A program made the position numbers and the translations under genes. A DNA stretch of 27,201 nucleotides from Gaiellales bacterium (GTDB taxonomy: Bacteria > Actinomycetota > Thermoleophilia > Gaiellales > JAICJC01): the NCBI GenBank assembly GCA_036273355.1, contig DASUHV010000245.1, positions 1 to 27,201 of the forward strand. The letters run 5' to 3'. Under the pieces are notes generated by a model. The model searched no databases and was not told where the DNA came from. It saw only the letters and a list, made by a program, of their open reading frames with translations. Shown here in pieces: positions 1 to 7,804 of this stretch. Within the stretch, counting starts at the first letter, position 1. Each line of letters opens with the position of its first letter.

Positions 1-2
1 CC

Positions 3-1046
3 GGCCCCGACCCGGCCGGCGCCACCCCGCTCGACCGCTGGATGCGGGCGCTCACCCAGTCGCTTGTGGCCGAGTGCCGGGCGGCGCTGGACAGCTACGA
101 CTCGCCGCGGCTGGTGCGCGCGGTGGAGGCGTTCGTGGAGGACCTCTCCAACTGGTACGTGCGCGCGTCGCGGCAGCGGTTCTGGAAGTCGGGCGACGCC
201 GACGACAAGCGCGCCGCTTACGAGACGCTCTGGTACGCCCTCGTGCAGCTGCTGCGCTGCGTGGCGCCGGTGATGCCGTTCCTCGCGGACGATCTGTGGC
301 AGAACCTGGTGCGGGGAGCCTGTGCCGAGGCGCCCGAGAGCGTGCACCTGTCCTCGTATCCCGAGGTGAATGCGGCCCTCACCGACGACGCGCTGATGGC
401 CGCGATGGCGAGCGTGCGCGCGGTGGTGCGGCTCGGGCATCAGGCGCGCAACGACGCCGGTGTCAAGCTGCGCCAGCCGCTTGCGGAGGTGATCGTCGCC
501 ACCGACGACGCCACCCGGCGCGACCAGGTCGGCCGCCATGTCGATCTGATCGCCGCCGAGCTGGGGGTGAAGGCGGTGCGCCTGGCGACGTCGGCGGAGG
601 AGTTCGCCGAGGTCGAGGTGATGCCGCTGCTGAAGGTGCTGGGCCCGCGCTACGGACGCGACCTGGGCATGATCCGCGGCCTCCTGCGCGAGGGTGATTT
701 CAGCCTCAAGGACGGACACGTTGAGGTGGGGGAGTGGCGCCTCGAGCCGGGCGAGTTCGAGCTGCGAACGCGCGCCCGCGACGGCTTCGCGGTGCAGGAC
801 GGCGACGGCTTCGCGGTCGCCCTCGACACCGAGATCACCCCGGAGCTGGAGCTGGAAGGCGGGGCCCGCGACCTGATCCGCGCCATCAACATGATGCGCC
901 AGGAGGCAGGGCTTGAGGTGGTCGACCGGATCCGGCTGACGCACCCGCCGGGCGCCGTCTGGGACGCGCACGGCGACTGGATCGCGGCCGAGACGCTGAC
1001 GGTGGAGCGTCAGGTCGGCGAGAGCCTCGCCGTGGAACGCGCCTGA
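3..1046 (+). CDS. ileS: Isoleucyl-tRNA synthetase (type 2), C-terminal part; 5'-truncated by the window
   Basis: Frame is open from base 3 (GPDPAGATPLDRW...). Class Ia anticodon-binding motifs LDRW and DLSNWYVRASRQRFW...APVMPFLAD. Long C-terminal extension (ELEGGARDLIRAINMMRQEAGLEVVDRI) with no zinc finger, typical of IleRS type 2. Confidence 0.92.
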   Translation, partial: GPDPAGATPLDRWMRALTQSLVAECRAALDSYDSPRLVRAVEAFVEDLSNWYVRASRQRFWKSGDADDKRAAYETLWYALVQLLRCVAPVMPFLADDLWQNLVRGACAEAPESVHLSSYPEVNAALTDDALMAAMASVRAVVRLGHQARNDAGVKLRQPLAEVIVATDDATRRDQVGRHVDLIAAELGVKAVRLATSAEEFAEVEVMPLLKVLGPRYGRDLGMIRGLLREGDFSLKDGHVEVGEWRLEPGEFELRTRARDGFAVQDGDGFAVALDTEITPELELEGGARDLIRAINMMRQEAGLEVVDRIRLTHPPGAVWDAHGDWIAAETLTVERQVGESLAVERA

Positions 1047-2035
1047 TGCGGCTGCTGATCCTGGGCGGCACGGTGTTCCTGGGCCGCCACGCCTCCGAGC
1101 AGGCGCTCGAGCGCGGCCACGAGCTGACGCTGTTCACCCGCGGCCAGTCCAACGCCGGGCTGTTCCCCGAGGCGGAGCACGTGCACGGCGACCGTGACGG
1201 CGGCCTCGCTCGGCTGGCTGGGCGCGAGTTCGATGCCGTGATCGACACCAGCGGCTACTTCCCGCGTGTGGTCGCCGACTCGGCGCGGCTGCTGGCACCC
1301 ACGTGCGGCCACTACACGTTCGTCTCCAGCGTCTCCGTGTACGACCAGAACGGCGGTGCCGGCAGCGAGGTGGACGGGCCGGTCGGCACGATCGAGGACG
1401 CCACGATCGAGGAGATCACCGAGACCAGCTACGGCCCGCTGAAGGCGCTCTGCGAGCAGGCCGTCGAGCACGAGTTCGGCGACCGTTCGCTGGTGGTGCG
1501 GCCGGGCCTGATCGTGGGGCCCGACGATCCCACCGACCGCTTCACCTACTGGCCGGCGCGGATCGCGGAGGGCGGCACGGTGCTGGCTCCGGGCGACCCC
1601 GGCGCGCGCACGCAGGTGATCGACGTGCGCGACCTGGCCGGCTGGATGGTGGCGATGGCCGAGCGCGGTGCCAACGGGCGCTTCAACGCGGTCGGCCCGG
1701 CGCAGCCGCTCACGATCGGCGCTCTGCTCGACCGTTGCAACGCGGTCTCCGGGGCAGGCGCGGACATCGTCTGGGCCGACAACCAGGCCCTGCTCGACCG
1801 CGAGGTCGAGCCGTGGAGCGACCTGCCGTTGTGGCTGGGCGGCGATCCCGAGCTGGAGTGGATGGACTGCGTCGACCCGGGGCCGGCGGTTGCGGCCGGG
1901 CTCAGTCTCCGGCCGATCGACGAGACGATCGCCGACACCCTGGCCTGGCACCGCGCCAACCGCGACGCGCCGGGACGGGCCGGCTTCCGCATGTCCCGCG
2001 AGCGCGAGGCGGCGCTGCTGGCCGAGCTGGCCTGA
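1046..2035 (+). CDS. NAD-dependent epimerase/dehydratase family protein (atypical SDR, isoflavone-reductase-like)
   Basis: N-terminal Rossmann motif LILGGTVFLG, YGPLKALCE (YxxxK), RPGLIVGP and DVRDLA. Start overlaps the ileS stop (TGATG). Confidence 0.88.
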   Translation: MRLLILGGTVFLGRHASEQALERGHELTLFTRGQSNAGLFPEAEHVHGDRDGGLARLAGREFDAVIDTSGYFPRVVADSARLLAPTCGHYTFVSSVSVYDQNGGAGSEVDGPVGTIEDATIEEITETSYGPLKALCEQAVEHEFGDRSLVVRPGLIVGPDDPTDRFTYWPARIAEGGTVLAPGDPGARTQVIDVRDLAGWMVAMAERGANGRFNAVGPAQPLTIGALLDRCNAVSGAGADIVWADNQALLDREVEPWSDLPLWLGGDPELEWMDCVDPGPAVAAGLSLRPIDETIADTLAWHRANRDAPGRAGFRMSREREAALLAELA

Positions 2036-2055
2036 GCGATCTCGCCGGCGGCCCG

Positions 2056-2997
2056 TCAGCCGACGGCGCGGCGCAGCTCGAGCGGCAACGAGAAATGGAC
2101 GTTCTCGTTGACCAGCTCGTGTGACTCCACCTGCGTGGCACCGAGCTCGCGGAAGTAGTCGACCACCCGCTCCACCAGCGACTCCGGAGCCGAGGCGCCG
2201 GAGGTGATGCCGACCGTGTCCACGCCCTCCAGCCACGCCGGCTCGATCGAGGACTCGTCGTCGATCAGGTACGACGCCACGCCCATCTCGCGGGTGACGT
2301 CGACCAGCCGGTTCGAGTTCGACGAGTTGCGCGAGCCGATCACCAGCACCAGGTCGACCTCCGCGGCCAGCTCCTTGACCGCGTTCTGGCGATTCTGGGT
2401 GGCGTAGCAGATGTCGTCCTTCTTGGGCCCGACGATGGCCGGGAAGCGCTGGCGCAGCGCCGCGATGATCTCGACCGTCTCGTCCACCGAGAGCGTCGTC
2501 TGCGTGATGAAGGCGACCCGCTGCGGGTCGGGGATGTCCAGGTCCGCGATCTCCTCGACCGTCCCGATCAGCCGGATCGCGTCGGGCGCCTCGCCCATCG
2601 TGCCGACCACCTCTTCGTGGCCCTCGTGGCCGATCAGCACGATCGTGTAGCCGTCGGCCGCGAACCGCTTGGCCTCGACGTGCACCTTGGTCACCAGCGG
2701 GCAGGTGGCGTCCAGCACCTGCAGCCCGCGGCTGCGGCTGTTCTCATACACCTCGGGCGCGACGCCGTGGGCCGACAGCACCACCACGGCACCCGCCGGC
2801 ACGTCCAGCTCGGAGTCGACGAACACGGCACCGCGGTCGGCCAGCTCCTGGACGACGTGCCAGTTGTGCACGATCTCCTTGCGCACGTAGACGGGAGCGC
2901 CGAAGTGGTCGAGCGCGCGCTCCACCGTGTCGACGGCGCGGTCGACGCCGGCGCAGTAGCCGCGCGGCGACGCGAGCACGAGGCGGGTCGGAGTCAC
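2056..2997 (-). CDS. ispH: 4-hydroxy-3-methylbut-2-enyl diphosphate reductase (IspH/LytB)
   Basis: Three Fe-S cysteine motifs (PRGYCAGV, DATCPLVTKVH, DDICYATQNRQ), plus EIVHN, SAHG and SSNSNRL. Confidence 0.97.
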   Translation of the reverse strand: MTPTRLVLASPRGYCAGVDRAVDTVERALDHFGAPVYVRKEIVHNWHVVQELADRGAVFVDSELDVPAGAVVVLSAHGVAPEVYENSRSRGLQVLDATCPLVTKVHVEAKRFAADGYTIVLIGHEGHEEVVGTMGEAPDAIRLIGTVEEIADLDIPDPQRVAFITQTTLSVDETVEIIAALRQRFPAIVGPKKDDICYATQNRQNAVKELAAEVDLVLVIGSRNSSNSNRLVDVTREMGVASYLIDDESSIEPAWLEGVDTVGITSGASAPESLVERVVDYFRELGATQVESHELVNENVHFSLPLELRRAVG

Positions 2998-3048
2998 GAG
3001 CTGATGGTAGATGAATCACCCATCGAGCGGCTGCGGCCGCGCAGCAGC

Positions 3049-3549
3049 TCAGCGGTGGGCGAAGTCGACCGTCCAGACCACGGCGTTGCTGTGGCCCAGG
3101 AAGCGGCCGCTGCGGCGGCCGACGCCGACCCATCCCCAGCTGCGCGAGAGCAGGTTGGCGCGGTGCTCGGGGCTCGCCAGCCACATCCTGACGGTGGCCC
3201 GGGGCGAGCCGTACGTACCGGTACCCCACGCCAGGTTCTCGCCCGCACCCCACGATCCGATCGTCGTGAATCCCGAGTTCACGACCCGGCGGTAGAGCGT
3301 CGAGCCGGTGGGGCTCGTGTGCGCGAAGTAGTCGCGGTTGACCATGTCGTTGGAGTGGTTCTGCGCGGCGGTTCGCAGGCCGGGCGCGATGTGCAGCGCA
3401 CGCAGGCCGTGGTCGCGCCGCACCTGGTTGATCTCCAGGAACAGCCGCCAGCGATAGGTCTTGTTGGTGGTGGCGGAGGCAGGCCCGGCCACCGTCAGCG
3501 CAAGTACGACGGCCAGCAGCAGCGACCAAGTGAGTGCCCGTAGCTTCAT
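3049..3549 (-). CDS. Secreted CAP (SCP/YkwD-like) domain protein
   Basis: Signal peptide MKLRALTWSLLLAVVLALTVAGPASA (ATG at 3549 preferred over 3561). CAP motifs INQVR, AAQNHSNDM...YFAH, GENLAWG, WLASPEHRANLL and VGVG. Confidence 0.9.
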   Translation of the reverse strand: MKLRALTWSLLLAVVLALTVAGPASATTNKTYRWRLFLEINQVRRDHGLRALHIAPGLRTAAQNHSNDMVNRDYFAHTSPTGSTLYRRVVNSGFTTIGSWGAGENLAWGTGTYGSPRATVRMWLASPEHRANLLSRSWGWVGVGRRSGRFLGHSNAVVWTVDFAHR

Positions 3550-3611
3550 TACCGATCTCATCGGCCGAACGGCAGCCGCGATTAAGTCAGAACTCTGTAA
3601 ACATGTGCCGA

Positions 3612-4214
3612 ATGGGGCTGGGATACCGCAGAGCGACGCTCGACGATCTGCCCGCGCTGACCGACGTGATGACCACCGCGTTCATCGCCGACCCGGCCTG
3701 GGGGCCGTACTCGTTCCCCGACGATGCCCGGCGCGAGCAGCAGTCGTCCGCGTTCTGGGAGCAGGGGCTGCGCGCGGCCCTGCGCTTCCCCTGGACGCTG
3801 GTCACGCCCGGCTGCGAGGCGGCCGCGGTCTGGATCCCGCCCGGGGAGCCGGAGATGACGCCCGGCCAGGAGCGTGAGATGGAGGCGCTCACCGAGCGGA
3901 TGCTGGGCGCCGAGCAGACCGCCCTGGTGATGGACATCTTCACGCGACTGGAGGCCGTGCACCCGCACGATCCTCCGCACTTCTACCTGAGCCTGCTCGG
4001 CACTCACCGTGATCACCGCGGAGCCGGCATCGGCATCGCCCTACTGGCGGACACGCTCGCGCTGATCGACGCGGAGGGCATGCCGACGTACCTCGAGTCG
4101 ACCAACCCGGCCAACGACGCCCGCTACATGCGCCAGGGCTACCGGCCGGTGGAGCAGGTGACGCTGGCCAACGGCCACCGGATCACGACCATGTGGCGCG
4201 ACGCCCCAACCTAA
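3612..4214 (+). CDS. GNAT family N-acetyltransferase
   Basis: Contains FYLSLLGTHRDHRGAGIG (acetyl-CoA motif A) and TYLESTNPANDARYMRQGY. Start is uncertain (3603 or 3612). Confidence 0.85.
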   Translation: MGLGYRRATLDDLPALTDVMTTAFIADPAWGPYSFPDDARREQQSSAFWEQGLRAALRFPWTLVTPGCEAAAVWIPPGEPEMTPGQEREMEALTERMLGAEQTALVMDIFTRLEAVHPHDPPHFYLSLLGTHRDHRGAGIGIALLADTLALIDAEGMPTYLESTNPANDARYMRQGYRPVEQVTLANGHRITTMWRDAPT

Positions 4215-4297
4215 GCTGTGGGCGAGGGCGGGTCGGGGTGCGGCGGCGCGGGCGGGTTCGGCTCGTCCGGCTGTGGTGGGTTGGGGTGCTCGGCCAT
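4211..4297 (-). CDS. Putative 28-aa proline-rich small protein (MAEHPNPPQPDEPNPPAPPHPDPPSPTA)
   Basis: AAAGGAG Shine-Dalgarno 6 nt before the ATG at 4297. TAG at 4213-4211 overlaps the convergent GNAT stop. SigF/SigB-like promoter upstream. Too short for the supplied ORF track. Confidence 0.55.
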   Translation of the reverse strand: MAEHPNPPQPDEPNPPAPPHPDPPSPTA

Positions 4298-4326
4298 GGT
4301 GCGCTCCTTTGTCGTTGCTGTGGGCG

Positions 4327-4352
4327 GTACCCGCGCGCGGGCGCTCGTAACC
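4327..4352 (-). promoter_or_regulatory. Candidate SigF/SigB-type (general stress) promoter GGTTA-N15-GGGTAC
   Basis: The minus strand reads GGTTA (4352-4348), 15 nt, then GGGTAC (4332-4327), 16 nt upstream of the RBS of the small ORF. It resembles actinobacterial SigF/SigB consensus (GTTT-N15-17-GGGTA). Confidence 0.45.
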
Positions 4353-4423
4353 GCGGCCGCGGCCATGCTCGAGTCAGCTTCCTCACCACCCCAGGACCTG
4401 CCGCGCCACCGGCGGCTCGGCCG

Positions 4424-4461
4424 TGCTATCTTTGGTCCGCCTAACCCTTAGGTCACCCTAA
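4424..4461 (+). promoter_or_regulatory. Extended -10 (TGcTATCTT) overlapped by tandem TTAGG-N4-CCTAA palindromes; candidate DtxR/MntR-family operators
   Basis: Perfect TTAGG-tcac-CCTAA at 4448-4461 and a degenerate TTtGG-tccg-CCTAA at 4431-4444. TGnTATCTT at 4424-4432. All lie directly upstream of the ZIP gene. Confidence 0.6.
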
Positions 4462-4482
4462 GACGATGACGGAGAGAACCGG

Positions 4483-5340
4483 ATGAGCTCGACGCACGTG
4501 GCGATCCTGGGAGCGATCGCCGGCTTTACGATCTACCTGGGCTTGCCGCTGGGCCGCGTGCGCGGGCTTTCCGTCCGCACCCGTGGCATCCTCTCGATGC
4601 TCGCTGCGGGCATCCTCCTGTTCATCTTCTGGGACGTGCTCACCGCTTCCCACGACATCCTCGAGGGGAGCCTCGCCCAGGCCAAGGCCGGCGACGGCTG
4701 GAGCACCTTCGTGGCGCAGTTCGTGATGGCCGCCGTCGGCTTCGCGGTCGGTGCCTTCGGGCTGGCCTGGCTGGAGCGGACCGTGATGCGTCTCCGCCCG
4801 CGCGCGCCGATGGCGGGCGGCAGCGCCGGGGCCGCGGTGATCGGCGGCGCGGTTCCCAGGACCGCCGATCTGGCGGCAGACGCGCGTCGCGCCTCGCTGA
4901 CGATGGGCATGCTGATCGCCGGCGCGATCGGCCTGCACAACTTCTCCGAGGGCCTCGCGATCGGCGTCTCCGCGCGTGCCGGTGAGATCGGGCTGGCGAC
5001 CACGCTGATCGTCGGCTTCGCCATCCACAACGCCACCGAGGGGTTCGGCATCGTCGGCCCGCTGAACGGCGTCATCCCCAGCTGGAAGTGGATCGGCCTG
5101 GCCGGCCTGATCGGCGGCGGCCCCACGTTCGTGGGCACGCTGGTCGGCTACCAGGTGTCGTCGCCCGCCCTCGAGATCTGCTTCTACACGCTGGCCGCAG
5201 GCGCCATCCTGTACGTGGTCGGCCAGCTGTGGACGACCGCGCAGCGCAAGCTGTCCACCGATCTGATCCTGGCGGCGCTCGTCGTCGGCTATCTGATCGG
5301 TCTCTCGTCCGACCTGATCATCACGTACGGCGGGGGCTGA
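4483..5340 (+). CDS. ZIP (ZupT/GufA) family divalent metal transporter
   Basis: Multiple TM segments. Metal-site motifs GLHNFSEGLAIG (TM4) and AIHNATEGFG (TM5). RBS-like GGAGAG upstream. Confidence 0.92.
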   Translation: MSSTHVAILGAIAGFTIYLGLPLGRVRGLSVRTRGILSMLAAGILLFIFWDVLTASHDILEGSLAQAKAGDGWSTFVAQFVMAAVGFAVGAFGLAWLERTVMRLRPRAPMAGGSAGAAVIGGAVPRTADLAADARRASLTMGMLIAGAIGLHNFSEGLAIGVSARAGEIGLATTLIVGFAIHNATEGFGIVGPLNGVIPSWKWIGLAGLIGGGPTFVGTLVGYQVSSPALEICFYTLAAGAILYVVGQLWTTAQRKLSTDLILAALVVGYLIGLSSDLIITYGGG

Positions 5341-5391
5341 GCGCCTCCACGGGACGGCCGCGAGGTCCGGGCTCCGTGGGACAATCGCCCC

Positions 5392-7317
5392 GTGACGATA
5401 TGGATCCGCCGGGCGGCGCTGGCCGCCCTGCTCGTCGTGCCGTTCGCGCCCGTCTCCACGGCGGCTGCCGCCTCGACCGACGAGGCGGCACTGGCGGCCC
5501 GGTTCGCGCCGGTCGTGCGCCTGGTCAACCAGCCCGAGACCTGCGGCCCGGGCGCGCCATACGTGCCGATCGACGTGAACCTGCTGTTCGACGAACCGAC
5601 CGTTGCGCTGCGCGGGCCGTGGGGCCCGAACGACCTGGTCAAGGTCGCGCCCAGCGCCGACGACCTGGCCGGCGGGCTGTACGACTACCACCTGGACTTT
5701 CCGGGGAACGCCCTCGACCCCGGATGCACCTACCTGGACTGGTCGCGGCGCCTCAACCAGGGCCACCCGCCGACGGTCTACGCGCACGTCGCCACCGACC
5801 CGAGCTACCCGGGGGAGCTGGCGCTCCAGTACTGGATGTTCTACGTCTTCAACGACTGGAACAACCTGCACGAGGGCGACTGGGAGATGATCCAGCTCAA
5901 CTTCCACGCCCCCGACGCAGCCCAGGCGCTGCACCAGACGCCGTCCGAGGTCGGCTACAGCCAGCACGAGGGAGCGGAGCGGTCGGCGTGGGATGACCCC
6001 AAGCTGCAGCTCGTGGGCGGGACGCATCCGGTGGTGTACCCGGCCGACGGATCGCACGCGAACTTCTACGACGAGGCCCTGTACCTGGGCGCGTCCGGAT
6101 CGCAGGGGGTGGGATGCGACGACACCCGGAACGCGGGCCTGGTCACCCACCCGGCCGTGCAGACGATCCCCAACGACCCGTCGCAGGCGGCCGCAGGGTT
6201 TCCCTGGATCGGGTTCCAGGGCCGCTGGGGTGAGCAGCAGCCGGCCTTCTTCAACGGGCCCACCGGCCCCAACCTGAAGGAGCAGTGGACGGAGCCGATC
6301 CGCTGGTCGCAGAGCTGGCGCGACCGCGCCTACGCCGTGCCTGCCGGCGGAGCCGCGGGGACGCGCACCACCGACTTCTTCTGCGGGGCCATGGCCGGCG
6401 GCTCGCGGCTGCTGTGGCGGGCGGTCAGCGACCCGTGGCCGACCATCGCGGTCGTGCTGGCCGCGCTGGCCCTTGTCGTGTACGGCCTCAGGCGGGCCAC
6501 CTGGCGTCCGACAGCGCCGTTGCGGCTGGCGCACCGGCGGGCATGGGGCCAGATCCTTTCGGCCGCGGCCCGTATGTACGCCTCCCGGCTGCGCCTGTTC
6601 ATCGGGATCGGCGTGCTGATCCTGCCTGTCACGCTGGTGATCACGATCCTGCAGGCGATCGTTCTGCACGCATCCAGCCTGTTCGGCGTCGAGGTCGACG
6701 GCGAGGCGGCCGGCGCCTTCGTGCTGGTGGTGGTGGCGATCGGCACGGCGCTGACGCTGCTGGGGCTCGGAGTCATGCAGGCGGCGACGGCGCTGGCGAT
6801 GATCGAGCTCGACGAGGGCCGGACGGTGCGCCCGATCCGCGCCTACCGGATGGCGCTGCGGCGGCTGTGGCCGGTGCTGGGTGCGATCGTGATCGCGGTC
6901 GTGGTGATCTCGGTGATGATCCCGTTCCTGTTCCTGATCCCGGTCGCGATCTGGCTGGCGGTGCGCTGGGCGCTGGTGGTACCGGTGGTCGTGCTTGAGG
7001 GTCTCGGCCCGCTGGCGGCGATCCGGCGCAGCAGCCGGCTCGTGCGCGGGGACTGGCTGAAGGTGGGGTCGCTGACGATCGTCAGCGCCGGCATCACGCT
7101 GGCGCTCGGTCCGCTGATCGGGACGGCGCTGATCGTTCTGACCAGCGTGCCGCTGGGGCTGCTGAACCTGATCGCCGGCGTCGTCTACATGCTGACGATG
7201 CCGTTCATCGCGCTCACCACCATGTACGTGTACCTGGACACCCGGGTCGGCGAGGAGCGGCGGCCGCCGCCCGACCCGAGCCGGCTGCCGGCCCAGATCG
7301 AGCTGTCGGCCGGATAG
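5392..7317 (+). CDS. Exported Vps62-like domain fused to a C-terminal multi-pass membrane domain
   Basis: Signal peptide. Motifs QYWMFYVFND..LHEGDWE, YSQH, VYPADGSHANFY, FQGRWG and GPTGP as in Vps62-like proteins (recognised by eye). About 6-7 hydrophobic segments after residue ~345, including EGLGPLAAIRRSSRLVRGDW. Confidence 0.7.
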   Translation: MTIWIRRAALAALLVVPFAPVSTAAAASTDEAALAARFAPVVRLVNQPETCGPGAPYVPIDVNLLFDEPTVALRGPWGPNDLVKVAPSADDLAGGLYDYHLDFPGNALDPGCTYLDWSRRLNQGHPPTVYAHVATDPSYPGELALQYWMFYVFNDWNNLHEGDWEMIQLNFHAPDAAQALHQTPSEVGYSQHEGAERSAWDDPKLQLVGGTHPVVYPADGSHANFYDEALYLGASGSQGVGCDDTRNAGLVTHPAVQTIPNDPSQAAAGFPWIGFQGRWGEQQPAFFNGPTGPNLKEQWTEPIRWSQSWRDRAYAVPAGGAAGTRTTDFFCGAMAGGSRLLWRAVSDPWPTIAVVLAALALVVYGLRRATWRPTAPLRLAHRRAWGQILSAAARMYASRLRLFIGIGVLILPVTLVITILQAIVLHASSLFGVEVDGEAAGAFVLVVVAIGTALTLLGLGVMQAATALAMIELDEGRTVRPIRAYRMALRRLWPVLGAIVIAVVVISVMIPFLFLIPVAIWLAVRWALVVPVVVLEGLGPLAAIRRSSRLVRGDWLKVGSLTIVSAGITLALGPLIGTALIVLTSVPLGLLNLIAGVVYMLTMPFIALTTMYVYLDTRVGEERRPPPDPSRLPAQIELSAG

Positions 7318-7334
7318 GCAACCGCCGGGCCGGG

Positions 7335-7351
7335 TCATCCGGTTCGGATGA
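7335..7351. promoter_or_regulatory. Perfect 7-3-7 palindrome TCATCCG-gtt-CGGATGA, candidate regulator site
   Basis: Directly visible, 54 bp upstream of the ATG at 7406. No U-tract follows, so it is not an intrinsic terminator. Confidence 0.45.
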
Positions 7352-7405
7352 GGAGCGCAGCCGGTCGCCCTGCCATCGTCAGGTCACCTACGACAAGGAG
7401 TACGG

Positions 7406-7789
7406 ATGAGCTCGAGGGAGTTGAAACTAAGCGGCTGGTGGACGTTCGCAGCGATCCTGCTGGCGATCTCCGGCACCCTGAACGTGATCTGGGGCATCTC
7501 GGCGATCGGCCACTCGCACTTCTTCACGCAGAACGCCCACTACGTCACGGGCAATCTCCGCGCCTGGGGATGGATCACAGTGATCCTTGGTGCGCTTGAG
7601 CTGGTCGCCGCCGGGTCGCTGTTCGGCGGCGGCGAGTTCGGGCGCTGGTTCGGGATCTTCGCGGCGGCGTTCACGTCGATCGCCGCGCTGCTGTCGATCC
7701 CCGCCTACCCGTTCTGGTCGATCTGCGTCTTCGCGATCTCGATCATCATCATCTACGAGCTGGAGCGGGGCCCGACCCGACCCGCCTAG
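7406..7789 (+). CDS. Small four-TM actinobacterial membrane protein (DUF7144-like)
   Basis: AAGGAG RBS. Sequence SGWWTFAAILLAISGTLNVIWGISAI...WGWITVILG...GRWFGI...IPAYPFWS matches the family pattern by eye. Confidence 0.75.
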   Translation: MSSRELKLSGWWTFAAILLAISGTLNVIWGISAIGHSHFFTQNAHYVTGNLRAWGWITVILGALELVAAGSLFGGGEFGRWFGIFAAAFTSIAALLSIPAYPFWSICVFAISIIIIYELERGPTRPA

Positions 7790-7804
7790 CACCACCCGGA
7801 TCGT

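Noticed and set aside
4453-7338. 961-aa antisense ORF spanning the ZIP and Vps62-like genes
   Set aside because: Shadow ORF caused by high-GC codon bias. It is Arg/Pro/Gly-rich with no motifs and lies fully opposite two well-supported genes.
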